DNA of 64,000 bases. Origin: a virus (taxonomy: Duplodnaviria > Caudoviricetes). Location of the stretch: positions 1,299 to 65,298 of IMG/VR virus record IMGVR_UViG_3300046512_000357. The stretch is one strand, 5' to 3'. A program made the position numbers and the translations under genes. Shown here piece by piece: positions 45,591 through 55,253 of this stretch (its first letter is position 1; the number at the start of each line of letters is the position of its first letter). The notes under the pieces were generated by a model. The model did not search any database. It had not been told where the DNA came from and saw nothing but the letters and a program-made list of their open reading frames with translations.

Positions 45591-46088
45591 ATGCTGACTA
45601 TCGAAACCGGCGCCGGCCTGCCGAATGCCGAGAGCTACGCCAGCGTGGCGCAGGCTGATGCACGTTGCGCAGCGCTGGGTGTGACTGATTGGGCGCCGCG
45701 CGCGGACGCCGACAAGGAAGTGGCGCTGCGCAACGCGACCCAGTTCATGCTGGCGACGTACCGGAGCCGCTGGGCGGGCCGCCGCGTCTATCAGGCGCAG
45801 GTTCTGGACTGGCCGCGCTGGAATGTGGTGGTGGACGGCTTCCCGGTGCTCAGCACCATCGTGCCGGTCGAGGTGGTGAACGCCTGTATCGACCTGGCTG
45901 CGCGTGCCGCCGGCGGCACCGAACTGTTGCCGGATCTGGAACGCACCATCAAGCAGGATACCGTCGGCCCGATCACCACCATCTACGAGGACGGCTCGCC
46001 GGAACGCCCGCGCTACACGGCCGTCGACAGCATGCTCGCGCCGTACCTGTGCGGCTCGGGGACGTCGGGAAGGCTGGTGCGCGGATGA
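45591..46088 (+). CDS. Head-tail connector (annotated DnaT-like family)
   Basis: IETGAGLPNAESYASV...QVLDWPR...VGPITTIY. Confidence 0.82.
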   Translation: MLTIETGAGLPNAESYASVAQADARCAALGVTDWAPRADADKEVALRNATQFMLATYRSRWAGRRVYQAQVLDWPRWNVVVDGFPVLSTIVPVEVVNACIDLAARAAGGTELLPDLERTIKQDTVGPITTIYEDGSPERPRYTAVDSMLAPYLCGSGTSGRLVRG

Positions 46089-46459
46089 GTGGCTATCCGG
46101 TTGTGAAGATCGAGGGGTGCGCCGTACACGAGAACACCTATTCGACCGACGGCAAGGTTTGGTCGGTCACGAATCTGATATCGCATGCGAAGGATCTGGT
46201 GCCGTTCGACCTGCCGCTGGCAGCCATCTACCTTGGCACCGAGGTGTGGACACCAGAAGGTTCAGTCTTTGGGCTGGCATTCCACATGCGCCGCGCGCTG
46301 GACGTGGACACGAGCTATCCCGTCATCATGTGCGAGAAGGGCTTCATCATGGATGGCTGGCACCGAGTGCTGCGCGCGCTGATCGACGGAAAGGCCACCA
46401 TCAAGGGGGTGCGCTTCAAAAAGACTCCGCCTCACGACTATCTGGAAACGAAGGCATGA
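46085..46459 (+). CDS. ParB/Srx-like domain protein
   Basis: DTSYPVIM...IMDGWHRVLRA. Confidence 0.6.
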   Translation: MSGYPVVKIEGCAVHENTYSTDGKVWSVTNLISHAKDLVPFDLPLAAIYLGTEVWTPEGSVFGLAFHMRRALDVDTSYPVIMCEKGFIMDGWHRVLRALIDGKATIKGVRFKKTPPHDYLETKA

Positions 46460-46839
46460 GCAACTACGCAGCCAAGGCGAAGAGCACCGACAAGACGTTC
46501 CGCCGCAGCGGCCAGCTGCTGACGTTGACCTTCAAGCAGCCGGGAGCCTACGTTGGCGGTGCGCAAATCCCGGGTGTGCCGATCACGAAGCACGCCTGGG
46601 GCATCGAAACCGGCGTCACCGCGCACGACCTGGGCGTCGGCACGATCAACGGCACGCTGATCAAGTCCGGAGACCGCAAGATCCTGATGTCCGCGCTGGA
46701 CGACACCGGCGCCGCGCTGCCGTCGATGAAGGAAGACGACCTGGTGCTGGCCGGCGGCGTAGTCTACAAGGTAAAGAACATCGACAAGGTCGCGCCGGGC
46801 GGCTTGGTGGTGCTGTGGCAGCTGGTGGCGCGGATCTAA
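46456..46839 (+). CDS. Head closure / head-tail joining protein
   Basis: GTLIKSGDRKILM...YKVKNI...PGG..VLWQL. Confidence 0.78.
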   Translation: MSNYAAKAKSTDKTFRRSGQLLTLTFKQPGAYVGGAQIPGVPITKHAWGIETGVTAHDLGVGTINGTLIKSGDRKILMSALDDTGAALPSMKEDDLVLAGGVVYKVKNIDKVAPGGLVVLWQLVARI

Positions 46840-47429
46840 TGACTTCATTCGCGCTACAGATTCGAGCCTGGGTGGACAAGACCAAGGGCGACCTGGACAC
46901 GGCCGTGCGCTATTGCGCGCTGGCCGTGGACGGCAAGCTGATGTACCGGTCGCCGGTTGGTGACCCCACAACCTGGAAGGTGAATCCGAACAAGCCGAAG
47001 GTATTCGGCAAGTTCAGCTCGGCCGGGCCGAAGGCGAACTGGCAACTGGGCTTCCTGAGCAAAGGCGCGTCGACTTACCGCACGTCCGGTGCCGGCTACG
47101 TCGGCGGCCGCTTCCGTGGCGCCTGGATGGTGTCCATCGGCTCGCCGGACAATTCGATGGGCACAGTAGTGGACCCAAGCGGCAATATCACACTGGAAGC
47201 ACACAAGGCGATCATCGCCGCGGCGAAAGCTGGCGACGTGATCCATTTTCGAAACAACATGCCCTACGCGGTTCGCCTGGAGCAGGGCTGGTCGAAGCAG
47301 GCACCGCTCGGCATGGTGGCGCTGACGGTGGTCGAGTGGAACGTCATCGTGGACAACGTGGTCAACGGGATCCGCGCCGGCACCAGCGCGGCCGATTTCG
47401 CGCAGGGCTTCAATACCTATTCGCTATGA
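46839..47429 (+). CDS. Neck protein (HK97 gp10-like)
   Basis: RSPVG...GGRFRGAW...NNMPYAVRLE.GWSKQAP.GMV. Confidence 0.82.
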   Translation: MTSFALQIRAWVDKTKGDLDTAVRYCALAVDGKLMYRSPVGDPTTWKVNPNKPKVFGKFSSAGPKANWQLGFLSKGASTYRTSGAGYVGGRFRGAWMVSIGSPDNSMGTVVDPSGNITLEAHKAIIAAAKAGDVIHFRNNMPYAVRLEQGWSKQAPLGMVALTVVEWNVIVDNVVNGIRAGTSAADFAQGFNTYSL

Positions 47430-47839
47430 CCATTCCCAATATCAGGAACGCGCTGGAGACGGCGCTGGCCAGCATCGCGCCGGCGATCGACATCGTGCAT
47501 GAGAACGGCGAGCGATACGAGCCGCAAGACGGCGTGCCGTACTGCGAAGCCTACCTGCTGGTGGCCGAGCCGAGCAACCCGGTTATGGGGCAGGCCTTCC
47601 ACCGCGAGGCGGGCGTTTTCCAGATCAATCTGCAATACCCGCTGTTGGCGGGCACGCTGCCTTGCGCAATCCGCGCGGAGCAGGTGCGCGCGCTGTTCAA
47701 GCGCGGCTCCATGTTCACCGACGGCGGCGTCGAAGTCCAGATCGACAAGACACCAGAGATCGCGGCCGGCGCGCCAGACGAGGGGCGCTGGCGACAGACC
47801 TGCCGGATCCGCTGGCACGCCGACATCTTTACCGAGTAA
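47426..47839 (+). CDS. Tail terminator-like protein (DUF4128)
   Basis: EAGVFQINLQYP...LFKRG. Confidence 0.78.
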   Translation: MTIPNIRNALETALASIAPAIDIVHENGERYEPQDGVPYCEAYLLVAEPSNPVMGQAFHREAGVFQINLQYPLLAGTLPCAIRAEQVRALFKRGSMFTDGGVEVQIDKTPEIAAGAPDEGRWRQTCRIRWHADIFTE

Positions 47840-47846
47840 CCACTGA

Positions 47847-47903
47847 AACTGCCGAAAGGCGGTTTTTTCATTCTGGCCATCCATGTGATGGCCTTTTTCT
47901 TTT
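47847..47903 (+). terminator. Tandem hairpins/terminators before the tail tube gene
   Basis: AACTGCC-gaaa-GGCGGTTTTTT and GGCCATC-catgt-GATGGCCTTTTT. Confidence 0.65.
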
Positions 47904-47917
47904 CTGAAAGGCATCAC

Positions 47918-49123
47918 ATGACGACCACTGCAAACGGTATTGACAGCCTGCTGGTCCTGGCGAAGCAAAGTGCCGAGGGCACCCAGGCGCTGGCCGCCGG
48001 CGGCAAGGTGTATCCACGCGTTACCGCAACGTTCGACACGGAGGCGGATAAGTACAGCTCGAACGAAATCGACCAGAGCCAGCAGCAGAGCGACACCCGC
48101 TTGGGCAACTTCCGTGTCGCCGGCGCGCTGAACGCGGAGGCGTCGTGCGGCACCTACGCTGATCTGATCGCAGCGCTGCTGCGCCGTGACTTTGCCGCAG
48201 CCGGTACGACCGCCGCTGCCGCCACCATCGCCGCCGTCGCCGACGGTTTCACCCGCTCTGCCGGCTCGTTCCTCGCTGACGGTCACCGCGCCGGCACGGT
48301 GGTGCGCATCACCGGTTTCGCGGCGCCGGCCGCAGCGAACAATGGTAAGAACTTCTTCCTGACGGCCGTGACCGCTGGCAAGCTGTCCGGTCAGTTCCTG
48401 GACGGCAGCAGCATCATCACCAAGGCGGCCGGCGACAACGTTGCTATCGCGGCACCGGGCAAGCGCACTTTCACCCCGTTGACCGGCCACACGCGCGACT
48501 GGTTCACTGCGGAAGTACAGGATCCGGGCATTTCCGTGAATCGCGTCTTCGTGGACAACTTCGTCAGCAAGGGCGACTTGTCGATCCAGCCGAACGGCCT
48601 GACCACCCTGAACTTTACCCTGATGGGCAAGAAGGAACTGGATACCACGCCAGCACCTTATTTTGCCGCGCCAGCGGCGGCGCCCGGCACCGGCAAGTTT
48701 TCCGGCGCCACCGCAATGCTGTCGGTGGCGGGTATCCCGTCGCTGATCTGCACGGGCATGTCGCTGAGCATCGATGGCCAGGGCAAGCTGGACAGCGTCA
48801 TCGGTACCAAGTACGCCACCGCAGCGTCGCGTGGCAAGGTGATGGGCTCCGGCCAGTTCACCGTTCTGATGCAAGACAGCGCTTACCTCGACTACTTCAA
48901 AAAGGAAATCGAGGTATCGCTGGCTTATGTGATGGCCGCCGGCAGCGCGCCGTTGGCAGATTGCATCGCGATCTCGGCCGGCCGCATCAAGATCACTTCC
49001 GCCAAGGTCGATGACGGCGAGAAGAACAAGATCATCACCTGCGCGTTCGACGTGCTGCGCTCCTATGCGACCGACACGCAGTTCGATAGCACCACGATCG
49101 CCTGGCAAGACACCACCCTGTAA
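47918..49123 (+). CDS. Major tail tube protein
   Basis: YSSNEI...R.G...G.LN.E.S.G N-terminus; position before the chaperones. Confidence 0.85.
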   Translation: MTTTANGIDSLLVLAKQSAEGTQALAAGGKVYPRVTATFDTEADKYSSNEIDQSQQQSDTRLGNFRVAGALNAEASCGTYADLIAALLRRDFAAAGTTAAAATIAAVADGFTRSAGSFLADGHRAGTVVRITGFAAPAAANNGKNFFLTAVTAGKLSGQFLDGSSIITKAAGDNVAIAAPGKRTFTPLTGHTRDWFTAEVQDPGISVNRVFVDNFVSKGDLSIQPNGLTTLNFTLMGKKELDTTPAPYFAAPAAAPGTGKFSGATAMLSVAGIPSLICTGMSLSIDGQGKLDSVIGTKYATAASRGKVMGSGQFTVLMQDSAYLDYFKKEIEVSLAYVMAAGSAPLADCIAISAGRIKITSAKVDDGEKNKIITCAFDVLRSYATDTQFDSTTIAWQDTTL

Positions 49124-49249
49124 TCCACCGCCGACGCTGCCGGCATCCCACTTTGGCGCAAGCCACCCCAGCACCGACCGGTCGCTGTCGCCTTCGCGGG
49201 CGCGGCGGCCGGCACGGGCACCTATCTACCCGCGAAGAAAGGCAACACC

Positions 49250-49750
49250 ATGTCCCTGAACACCGCTCAAACCATCGCCGCCATCGGCTTCGACATCGCC
49301 AACCTGACCGCCGTCGATGCCTCGCCGGCGACCCACAAAGTGGACCTGCTGTTCGATGAAGACGGCAACGCTACGGCCGGCTTCATTATCGTCGGCAAGA
49401 ACAGCCCGGAATACCAGGCCGAGAGCCACGCCGTGCGCGCCGAGGGTCACAAGCGCTCCGCGATCCGCAAAACTGCGATCGACACCAAGACCGACGAGGG
49501 CGCCAGCAAACTGGTGGACGTCATCGACAGCAACGCCACCCGCCTCGCGCTGTCGGTGGTGACGGACTGGTACGGCTTCACCAGCGCCGGCGCGCCGGTA
49601 CCGTTCGACAAGACGCTGGTCAAGGCCGCGTTCGCTAAATACCCGACCTGGGAAGACAAGGTGAACGCCGCGCTGGAGGTTGACGCGAATTTTTTGAAAG
49701 TCTCGTCGCCAGCCTCGTCGCCTTCGCCGACCACCAGTTCGAACGCCTAA
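49250..49750 (+). CDS. Tail assembly chaperone (G-like)
   Basis: Between tail tube and tape measure; ends ANFL at a slippery site. Confidence 0.82.
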   Translation: MSLNTAQTIAAIGFDIANLTAVDASPATHKVDLLFDEDGNATAGFIIVGKNSPEYQAESHAVRAEGHKRSAIRKTAIDTKTDEGASKLVDVIDSNATRLALSVVTDWYGFTSAGAPVPFDKTLVKAAFAKYPTWEDKVNAALEVDANFLKVSSPASSPSPTTSSNA

Positions 49751-50055
49751 GCAAAGCCGCCGACGGTAATTCCGTTGGCGATCACGTCGACGCCGCGAAG
49801 CGCCACCCGCTTTACAAGGCGGAAGAGGCGCCGCCGGCGCCGGACTTGCCATTCGAGCTTGCCTACATCTGGGAATGGTTCCTGAAGCTCAGCCGAAAGC
49901 GGCAGAGCGGGATGGTACCCAGCCCCATCACCAGCGAGGAGGTCCTCTGCTGGTGTGCCCGCCAGGGCATCTCCTTCACCCCGTTTGAAAACAGCGTCAT
50001 CGACCAGCTCGACGACCTGTACCTGTCGCACCAATACAAGAAGAAGGAAAAGTGA
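49690..50055 (+). CDS. Tail assembly chaperone GT extension via -1 frameshift
   Basis: Slippery T TTT TTG at 49690-49696; -1 frame open to 50055 (LAYIWEWFLKLS...PITSEEV..W). Confidence 0.75.
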   Translation, partial: FFESLVASLVAFADHQFERLSKAADGNSVGDHVDAAKRHPLYKAEEAPPAPDLPFELAYIWEWFLKLSRKRQSGMVPSPITSEEVLCWCARQGISFTPFENSVIDQLDDLYLSHQYKKKEK

Positions 50056-53000
50056 TGCCTGATATCGCCACACTCGGACTTGAAGTCAATTCCTCGCAGA
50101 TCGTCGAGGGCAAGAACGCGCTCGACCAATTCGCGGAGTCGAGTGTCAAGGTCGAGCAGGCGGTGCGCTCCACCAATGGCCAAATGAATGACACGGCCAA
50201 GATCATGAAGTCCCAGGCGGATGCTGCGAAAGCAGCCGAAGATGCGAACAATAAGTTCCTGGCGTCGCTGGAGCGTGAGATTGCCGTGTTCGGCATGGGG
50301 CGCGGCGAGCTGGAGCGCTACAAGGCCGCCGAGTTGGGTTTAGGCAGCGCCGCGCAGAGCAAGGCGATGGCTCTGGGTATGTCGATCGATGCGCTGCACC
50401 GCGAAGAAGCTGAGATGCGCGCATTGTCCGCCGCCCAAGACAAGGCTGCCGCCTCCGGTGACGCATTCATAAAAAAATTGCAAGATCAGGTCGCCACTCT
50501 GGGCATGAGCGCTCAGCAGTTGCAGGCATATCGCGCCGCGCAGCTGGGGGTGAGTGATGCGGCGGCGCCGCTGATCGCGAAACTTGGCGAGGCCGGCGCT
50601 GGCGCGCATGGTGCTGGCAAGCATCTGGAAGGACTGAGCTTGTCCACGGTCGCGGCCAAGCGCGAATTGCTGGTGCTGGCGCATGAGCTCAGTCAAGGGA
50701 ATTACTCGAAATTCGGCGGCTCGATGATGGTCCTGGGCGAACAAACGGGCGCGGCCGGCTTGCTGTTCAGCTCGACTGGGATCGCTGCGTTGGCGTTCGC
50801 CGGTGTGCTGGCGGCCGTGGGCTATGCACTGATCAAAGGTGCATCCGACCAAAAACACATGAACGATGCGCTGGTGATGACCGGGAACTACGCCGGCGTG
50901 ACCAGCGACAAGCTGAACGATCTGGCGCATGCGGCGGTGGAGGCTGGTGGAAGCCTGGGCGAGGCCAAGAAGGTTGCGACCGAATTGGCAGGTAGCGGGA
51001 AATTCACCGGCGATCAGATTGGCTACATCACCGAAGCGACTGTGGCCTGGGAGCATGCCACGGGCATGTCTGTCAAAGCCATCATCAAAGACTTTGAATC
51101 GCTAGCTGTGCAGTCCACCAGCACCGGCACGCGCGCGACTGAGGCCATCTCGCGCGCTGCCCTTAAGCTGGATGACCAGTACCACTTCCTGACGGAAGCG
51201 GTGTACGAGCAGATACGTGCACTCGAGAAAGAGGGCGACGCTAAGGCCGCGTCTGCACTGGCTACCGAGACGTTTGCCAAGGTGACGCACGATCGTGCCG
51301 AAGAGATCCTTGCAAACTTGGGCTCGATTGCGCGCGGCTGGAACACCATCAAGGAGGTTATTGGCCAAGCGGGTGACGCAGTCGGTAAGTTCGGCGCGCG
51401 CGCCACACCGGCGACCGAGGTGGCGAAACAAAGCACGCGTCTCCGTATGTTCGACGAGGGATTAGCATCTTCAAACGAGCGCCTGGGGCGCCCCGCTGAT
51501 GCTATGAGCGCTGACCTTGCCGCTGCCCGAAACCGCATCGTACTACAACTGACCGAGGCGGTCACGAAGCTGAACGAGGCTGATGCTGCTGCGATCGCAC
51601 AGGGAAAAAACGCAGCCACACAGTCGGCAGGCGCGCACGCCGCATCCATGCTGGCCGCAAGCGACGCCAAGCACCTGAAAGAGACCAAGCTCGAACTGGC
51701 GCTGGCGTCCAATAAGGAATACGAGGCAGCCATTCGCGCAGCCAATCCGGACAGCGCTCTGATCACCGAGAAGGCGATCGAGGAGCGGCGCCTCAAAACC
51801 ATCAAGGACAACACCGACAAAGCGCCGAAGGCGAAGGTTGACCAGGTGGAAAGCACCGAACTCGCCGACCGGCTCGCGCGCATCCAAGATCTGGTCAATG
51901 CCGACAAAGAAATGTACGGCACCATGTCCAAGATGGAGGACATGTTCCATGCCGCCGGAAAGATGGGTGACGAGGAATACTACCAACTGCAACGCGACCA
52001 CATCGTCGCGGTCGGCCAAGATCAGGCTTACGGGTACACCAAACAGATCGCGGAATTGAAGGCCTACAACAATGCCACCGCAGCTGAGGCCGCCAAGCAC
52101 GCGAAGCAAATCAACGACATCGACGAAAAGCGCAAGGCCGCCGACGCCAAAATGCAGGACGAACTGAGTCTGCTCGATGCAAAGGAATTTTTGCGCAAGG
52201 AGGCTGTCGAAGCTGCATCGGATCAGGCGCTTAACACGTACCTCAGCGGCTTAGATCAAGAGGCGAAGAAGTTGGAGCTTTCCAACCAGGCACACGAGAC
52301 TTCGAAAGGCGCGATTGAGCGCGAATCGATCGCCCGGTTGGACGCCGCTATCGCACAGCAACAGCAGCTCGTGGCTGGTCAAAATTCTGACACGGCAACT
52401 GAGAAGGAGATTGCCCAAGGCACCCGCCTGCTCAAGTTTCTTGAGGATGAGCGTGCCGCCCGCGCGCGTATAGCAGCCGGTCTCGATCAGCAGCAGGCCA
52501 TCCAGTACAAGGACAAGGCTGCCGACCAGGCCATCAAGGACTGGCAGCGCGCCGGCCAGAGCATTTCCGAAAGCCTGACGTCCGCGTTCGGCGAAGGCGG
52601 GAAGGCGCTGGGCAGTATGTTCCAAGCGTACGCGAAAGGTATGGAGGGGCAGCTGCGCGCGCAGAAGGAGCTGGCAGCCGCTAAGAAGCTTGCCGAGGAC
52701 AACCCTGACAAGATCGCCGCAATCAACCGCGCCCAGTTGTCCGGCGCACAGTCGCAGATCCAAGGATATGCCGGCATGACGGCCGCCGCGCAGGGCTTCT
52801 TCACCGAAGGCTCGCGCGGCTATCAGGCGATGCACGCCGCGACCGTCGCATTGCAAGGTGCCGAAGTTGCGCTGAGCCTGATCAAGGGCGTCAATGCCGT
52901 GCTGACCCAGGGCGAGGGCGATCCTTACTCTGCCTTCGTGCGCATGGCGGCGATGGCTGCCATCGTGACCGGCTTGGGTGTGGCGATTTCCGGTGGCGGT

Positions 53001-55253
53001 GGTGGCGGTGGCGGCCAGTCCGCTGCCGACGTCCAGAAGGCGCAGGGCACGGGTTCCGTGTTCGGCGACAGCTCGGCGAAGTCGGATTCGGTCCGGCGCT
53101 CGATCGAGCAGCTGACCGCGAACTCGTCCGACATGCTGCCGATCAATCAGGGCATGCTGACCGCGCTTCAGAACATCGAATCGTCGATGACGGGGCTGAC
53201 GAACCTGGTGGTGCGCACCACGGGCCTGACCGATGGCGCGAACATGGGCATCCAGACCGGCACGATCGCGACGGGTGGCGCAGTTGCGCTCGCCGGCAGC
53301 GCCCAGGTGGGCAGCATGATTGGCGGCGCGTTGGCAGGCCCGCTCGGGGTTTGGATCGGCGGTGCGATCGGTGGCGCCGTGTCCAAGCTCTGGGGAAAAA
53401 CTACCCAGAACATCGTCGATTCCGGCTTGCAGTACGGCGGTAGCGTGCGCAGCTTGCAGGCTGGTCAGGGCTTCGACCAATACGCCAGCATCGACACGAC
53501 CAAGTCCAGCTTCTTTGGCCTGTCAAAGAGCACGAGCAACCGCGTGGAGGTGCAAGGCCTGAACGACGAGCTGTCGAAGCAATTCGGCCTGATCTTCACG
53601 AACCTAGACAAGTCGCTTCAGGCTGCTGCCACTGCCATGGGCGGCTCGGCAGCCGACGTGACAAAGGTGCTGGACAACCTGACGCTGGAAAGTTCGAAAG
53701 TATCGCTTAAGGGCCTGACCGGCACCGCGCTGACCGATGCGCTGAACTCTGTCATCTCGAAGTCGATGGATGAGATCGCGGAAGCGGCGTTCCCGCAGCT
53801 GGATCAGTTCCGGACGGTGGGCGAGGGCTATGCCGAGACGGTGATGCGCCTGGCCGGCGATTACGCCAAGCTCGATTCGATCCTGGCTGCCAGCAGCACG
53901 ACGTTCGGCGCCACCGGTATGGCCAGCATCGCCGCGCGCGAGCACCTGATCGAATTGGCCGGCGGCATCGATCAGCTGGCAACGCAAACAAACTCCTTCA
54001 CCCAGAATTTCCTGTCGACCGCCGAGCAGCTGGCACCGGTCCAAAAGTACGTCACCGACCAGCTCGCGGCCATGGGCCTGCAAAGCCTGGATACCCGGGA
54101 CAAGTTCAAGGATTACGTGCTGGGCCTGGCCAACTCCGGCGCGCTCGCGACCGAGACGGGCGCGCAGCAGTACACCGCGCTGCTGGCCTTGGCCGATGCC
54201 TTCGCCAAGACCCACGCGGCAACGGTCGACCTGACAAAGTCGGAGCAGGAAATCACCGACGAGCGTACCGACCTGCAGAACAAGCTCGACGAACTGACCA
54301 TGACGCAGGCTCAGCTGGCCGACAAGGCTCGCGCCGCGATCGACGGCCACAATCAGGCCCTGTACGACCAGGTAACGGCGGCGCAGGCAGCGAAGGACGC
54401 AGCAGACGCCCTTGCCAACACCAACAAGGGCTATCAGGATCAGATCGATGCGCTGTTGAAGTCGACCATGTCGGCCACGCAGGTGCGCGCGCTTGAAACG
54501 GCGGGCATGGACGCGAGCACGCTTGCGCTGTATGACCGTCTGGCTGGCCTACATGCTTCGATTGATGCAGAAAAGGCAGCATCCGATGCCATCAAGGCGG
54601 CCCAGGCGTCGTCTGCTACTGCGATGAACAGTTTCGGCGACGCGCTTGCAGGAAGCATGAAGGCGGCTACCGAAGCCGCCGCCGCGTTCCGCGCGCTGAA
54701 TGATGCGCTGCTGATTGGCGACTCGTCCGCTCTCAATCCTGAACAGAAATACTTGGAGGCGAAGCGCCAGTTCGACACCGCTGACGGCTCGAATCTGGAA
54801 GCGGCAGAAAAAGCCTTCCTTGATGCATCGAAATCGTGGTTCGGTGGCAGTGCTGGCTATGCGGCAGATTTCGCCGCCGTCATCGCAAAGAACAGTCAGT
54901 TCGCCGACGCGAGCGATGCGCAGGCCGCTGCGATTCCAGCTTTCTGGGCCGCGATTAAAAACCAGATGATGGGCATCGACGGGTCGCATGCGAATGGCCT
55001 GGACTTTGTGCCTTTCAATGGGTATCGCGCTGAACTTCACTATGGCGAGCGGGTGCAGACTGCCGCTGCAGTTCGGAGCGGAGATGCGGCCGCCGAGCGC
55101 ACGAACACTTTGCTGGAGGAAGTGCTGACCGAGCTGCGCGCCGACAAGTCGCAGCGCGGCGCTGTCGGCACGGAGACCATTGCGAAGCTCGACCGCCTAG
55201 CGGACAAGATGGATGCTCAGAAACGTACAACGCGCGCCAAGGAAACTGCATGA
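50055..55253 (+). CDS. Tail tape measure protein
   Basis: ~1730 aa, Ala-rich helical; TGNYAGVT lambda-type segment; C-terminal GSHANGLDFVP..GYRAELHYGERV. Confidence 0.95.
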   Translation: MPDIATLGLEVNSSQIVEGKNALDQFAESSVKVEQAVRSTNGQMNDTAKIMKSQADAAKAAEDANNKFLASLEREIAVFGMGRGELERYKAAELGLGSAAQSKAMALGMSIDALHREEAEMRALSAAQDKAAASGDAFIKKLQDQVATLGMSAQQLQAYRAAQLGVSDAAAPLIAKLGEAGAGAHGAGKHLEGLSLSTVAAKRELLVLAHELSQGNYSKFGGSMMVLGEQTGAAGLLFSSTGIAALAFAGVLAAVGYALIKGASDQKHMNDALVMTGNYAGVTSDKLNDLAHAAVEAGGSLGEAKKVATELAGSGKFTGDQIGYITEATVAWEHATGMSVKAIIKDFESLAVQSTSTGTRATEAISRAALKLDDQYHFLTEAVYEQIRALEKEGDAKAASALATETFAKVTHDRAEEILANLGSIARGWNTIKEVIGQAGDAVGKFGARATPATEVAKQSTRLRMFDEGLASSNERLGRPADAMSADLAAARNRIVLQLTEAVTKLNEADAAAIAQGKNAATQSAGAHAASMLAASDAKHLKETKLELALASNKEYEAAIRAANPDSALITEKAIEERRLKTIKDNTDKAPKAKVDQVESTELADRLARIQDLVNADKEMYGTMSKMEDMFHAAGKMGDEEYYQLQRDHIVAVGQDQAYGYTKQIAELKAYNNATAAEAAKHAKQINDIDEKRKAADAKMQDELSLLDAKEFLRKEAVEAASDQALNTYLSGLDQEAKKLELSNQAHETSKGAIERESIARLDAAIAQQQQLVAGQNSDTATEKEIAQGTRLLKFLEDERAARARIAAGLDQQQAIQYKDKAADQAIKDWQRAGQSISESLTSAFGEGGKALGSMFQAYAKGMEGQLRAQKELAAAKKLAEDNPDKIAAINRAQLSGAQSQIQGYAGMTAAAQGFFTEGSRGYQAMHAATVALQGAEVALSLIKGVNAVLTQGEGDPYSAFVRMAAMAAIVTGLGVAISGGGGGGGGQSAADVQKAQGTGSVFGDSSAKSDSVRRSIEQLTANSSDMLPINQGMLTALQNIESSMTGLTNLVVRTTGLTDGANMGIQTGTIATGGAVALAGSAQVGSMIGGALAGPLGVWIGGAIGGAVSKLWGKTTQNIVDSGLQYGGSVRSLQAGQGFDQYASIDTTKSSFFGLSKSTSNRVEVQGLNDELSKQFGLIFTNLDKSLQAAATAMGGSAADVTKVLDNLTLESSKVSLKGLTGTALTDALNSVISKSMDEIAEAAFPQLDQFRTVGEGYAETVMRLAGDYAKLDSILAASSTTFGATGMASIAAREHLIELAGGIDQLATQTNSFTQNFLSTAEQLAPVQKYVTDQLAAMGLQSLDTRDKFKDYVLGLANSGALATETGAQQYTALLALADAFAKTHAATVDLTKSEQEITDERTDLQNKLDELTMTQAQLADKARAAIDGHNQALYDQVTAAQAAKDAADALANTNKGYQDQIDALLKSTMSATQVRALETAGMDASTLALYDRLAGLHASIDAEKAASDAIKAAQASSATAMNSFGDALAGSMKAATEAAAAFRALNDALLIGDSSALNPEQKYLEAKRQFDTADGSNLEAAEKAFLDASKSWFGGSAGYAADFAAVIAKNSQFADASDAQAAAIPAFWAAIKNQMMGIDGSHANGLDFVPFNGYRAELHYGERVQTAAAVRSGDAAAERTNTLLEEVLTELRADKSQRGAVGTETIAKLDRLADKMDAQKRTTRAKETA

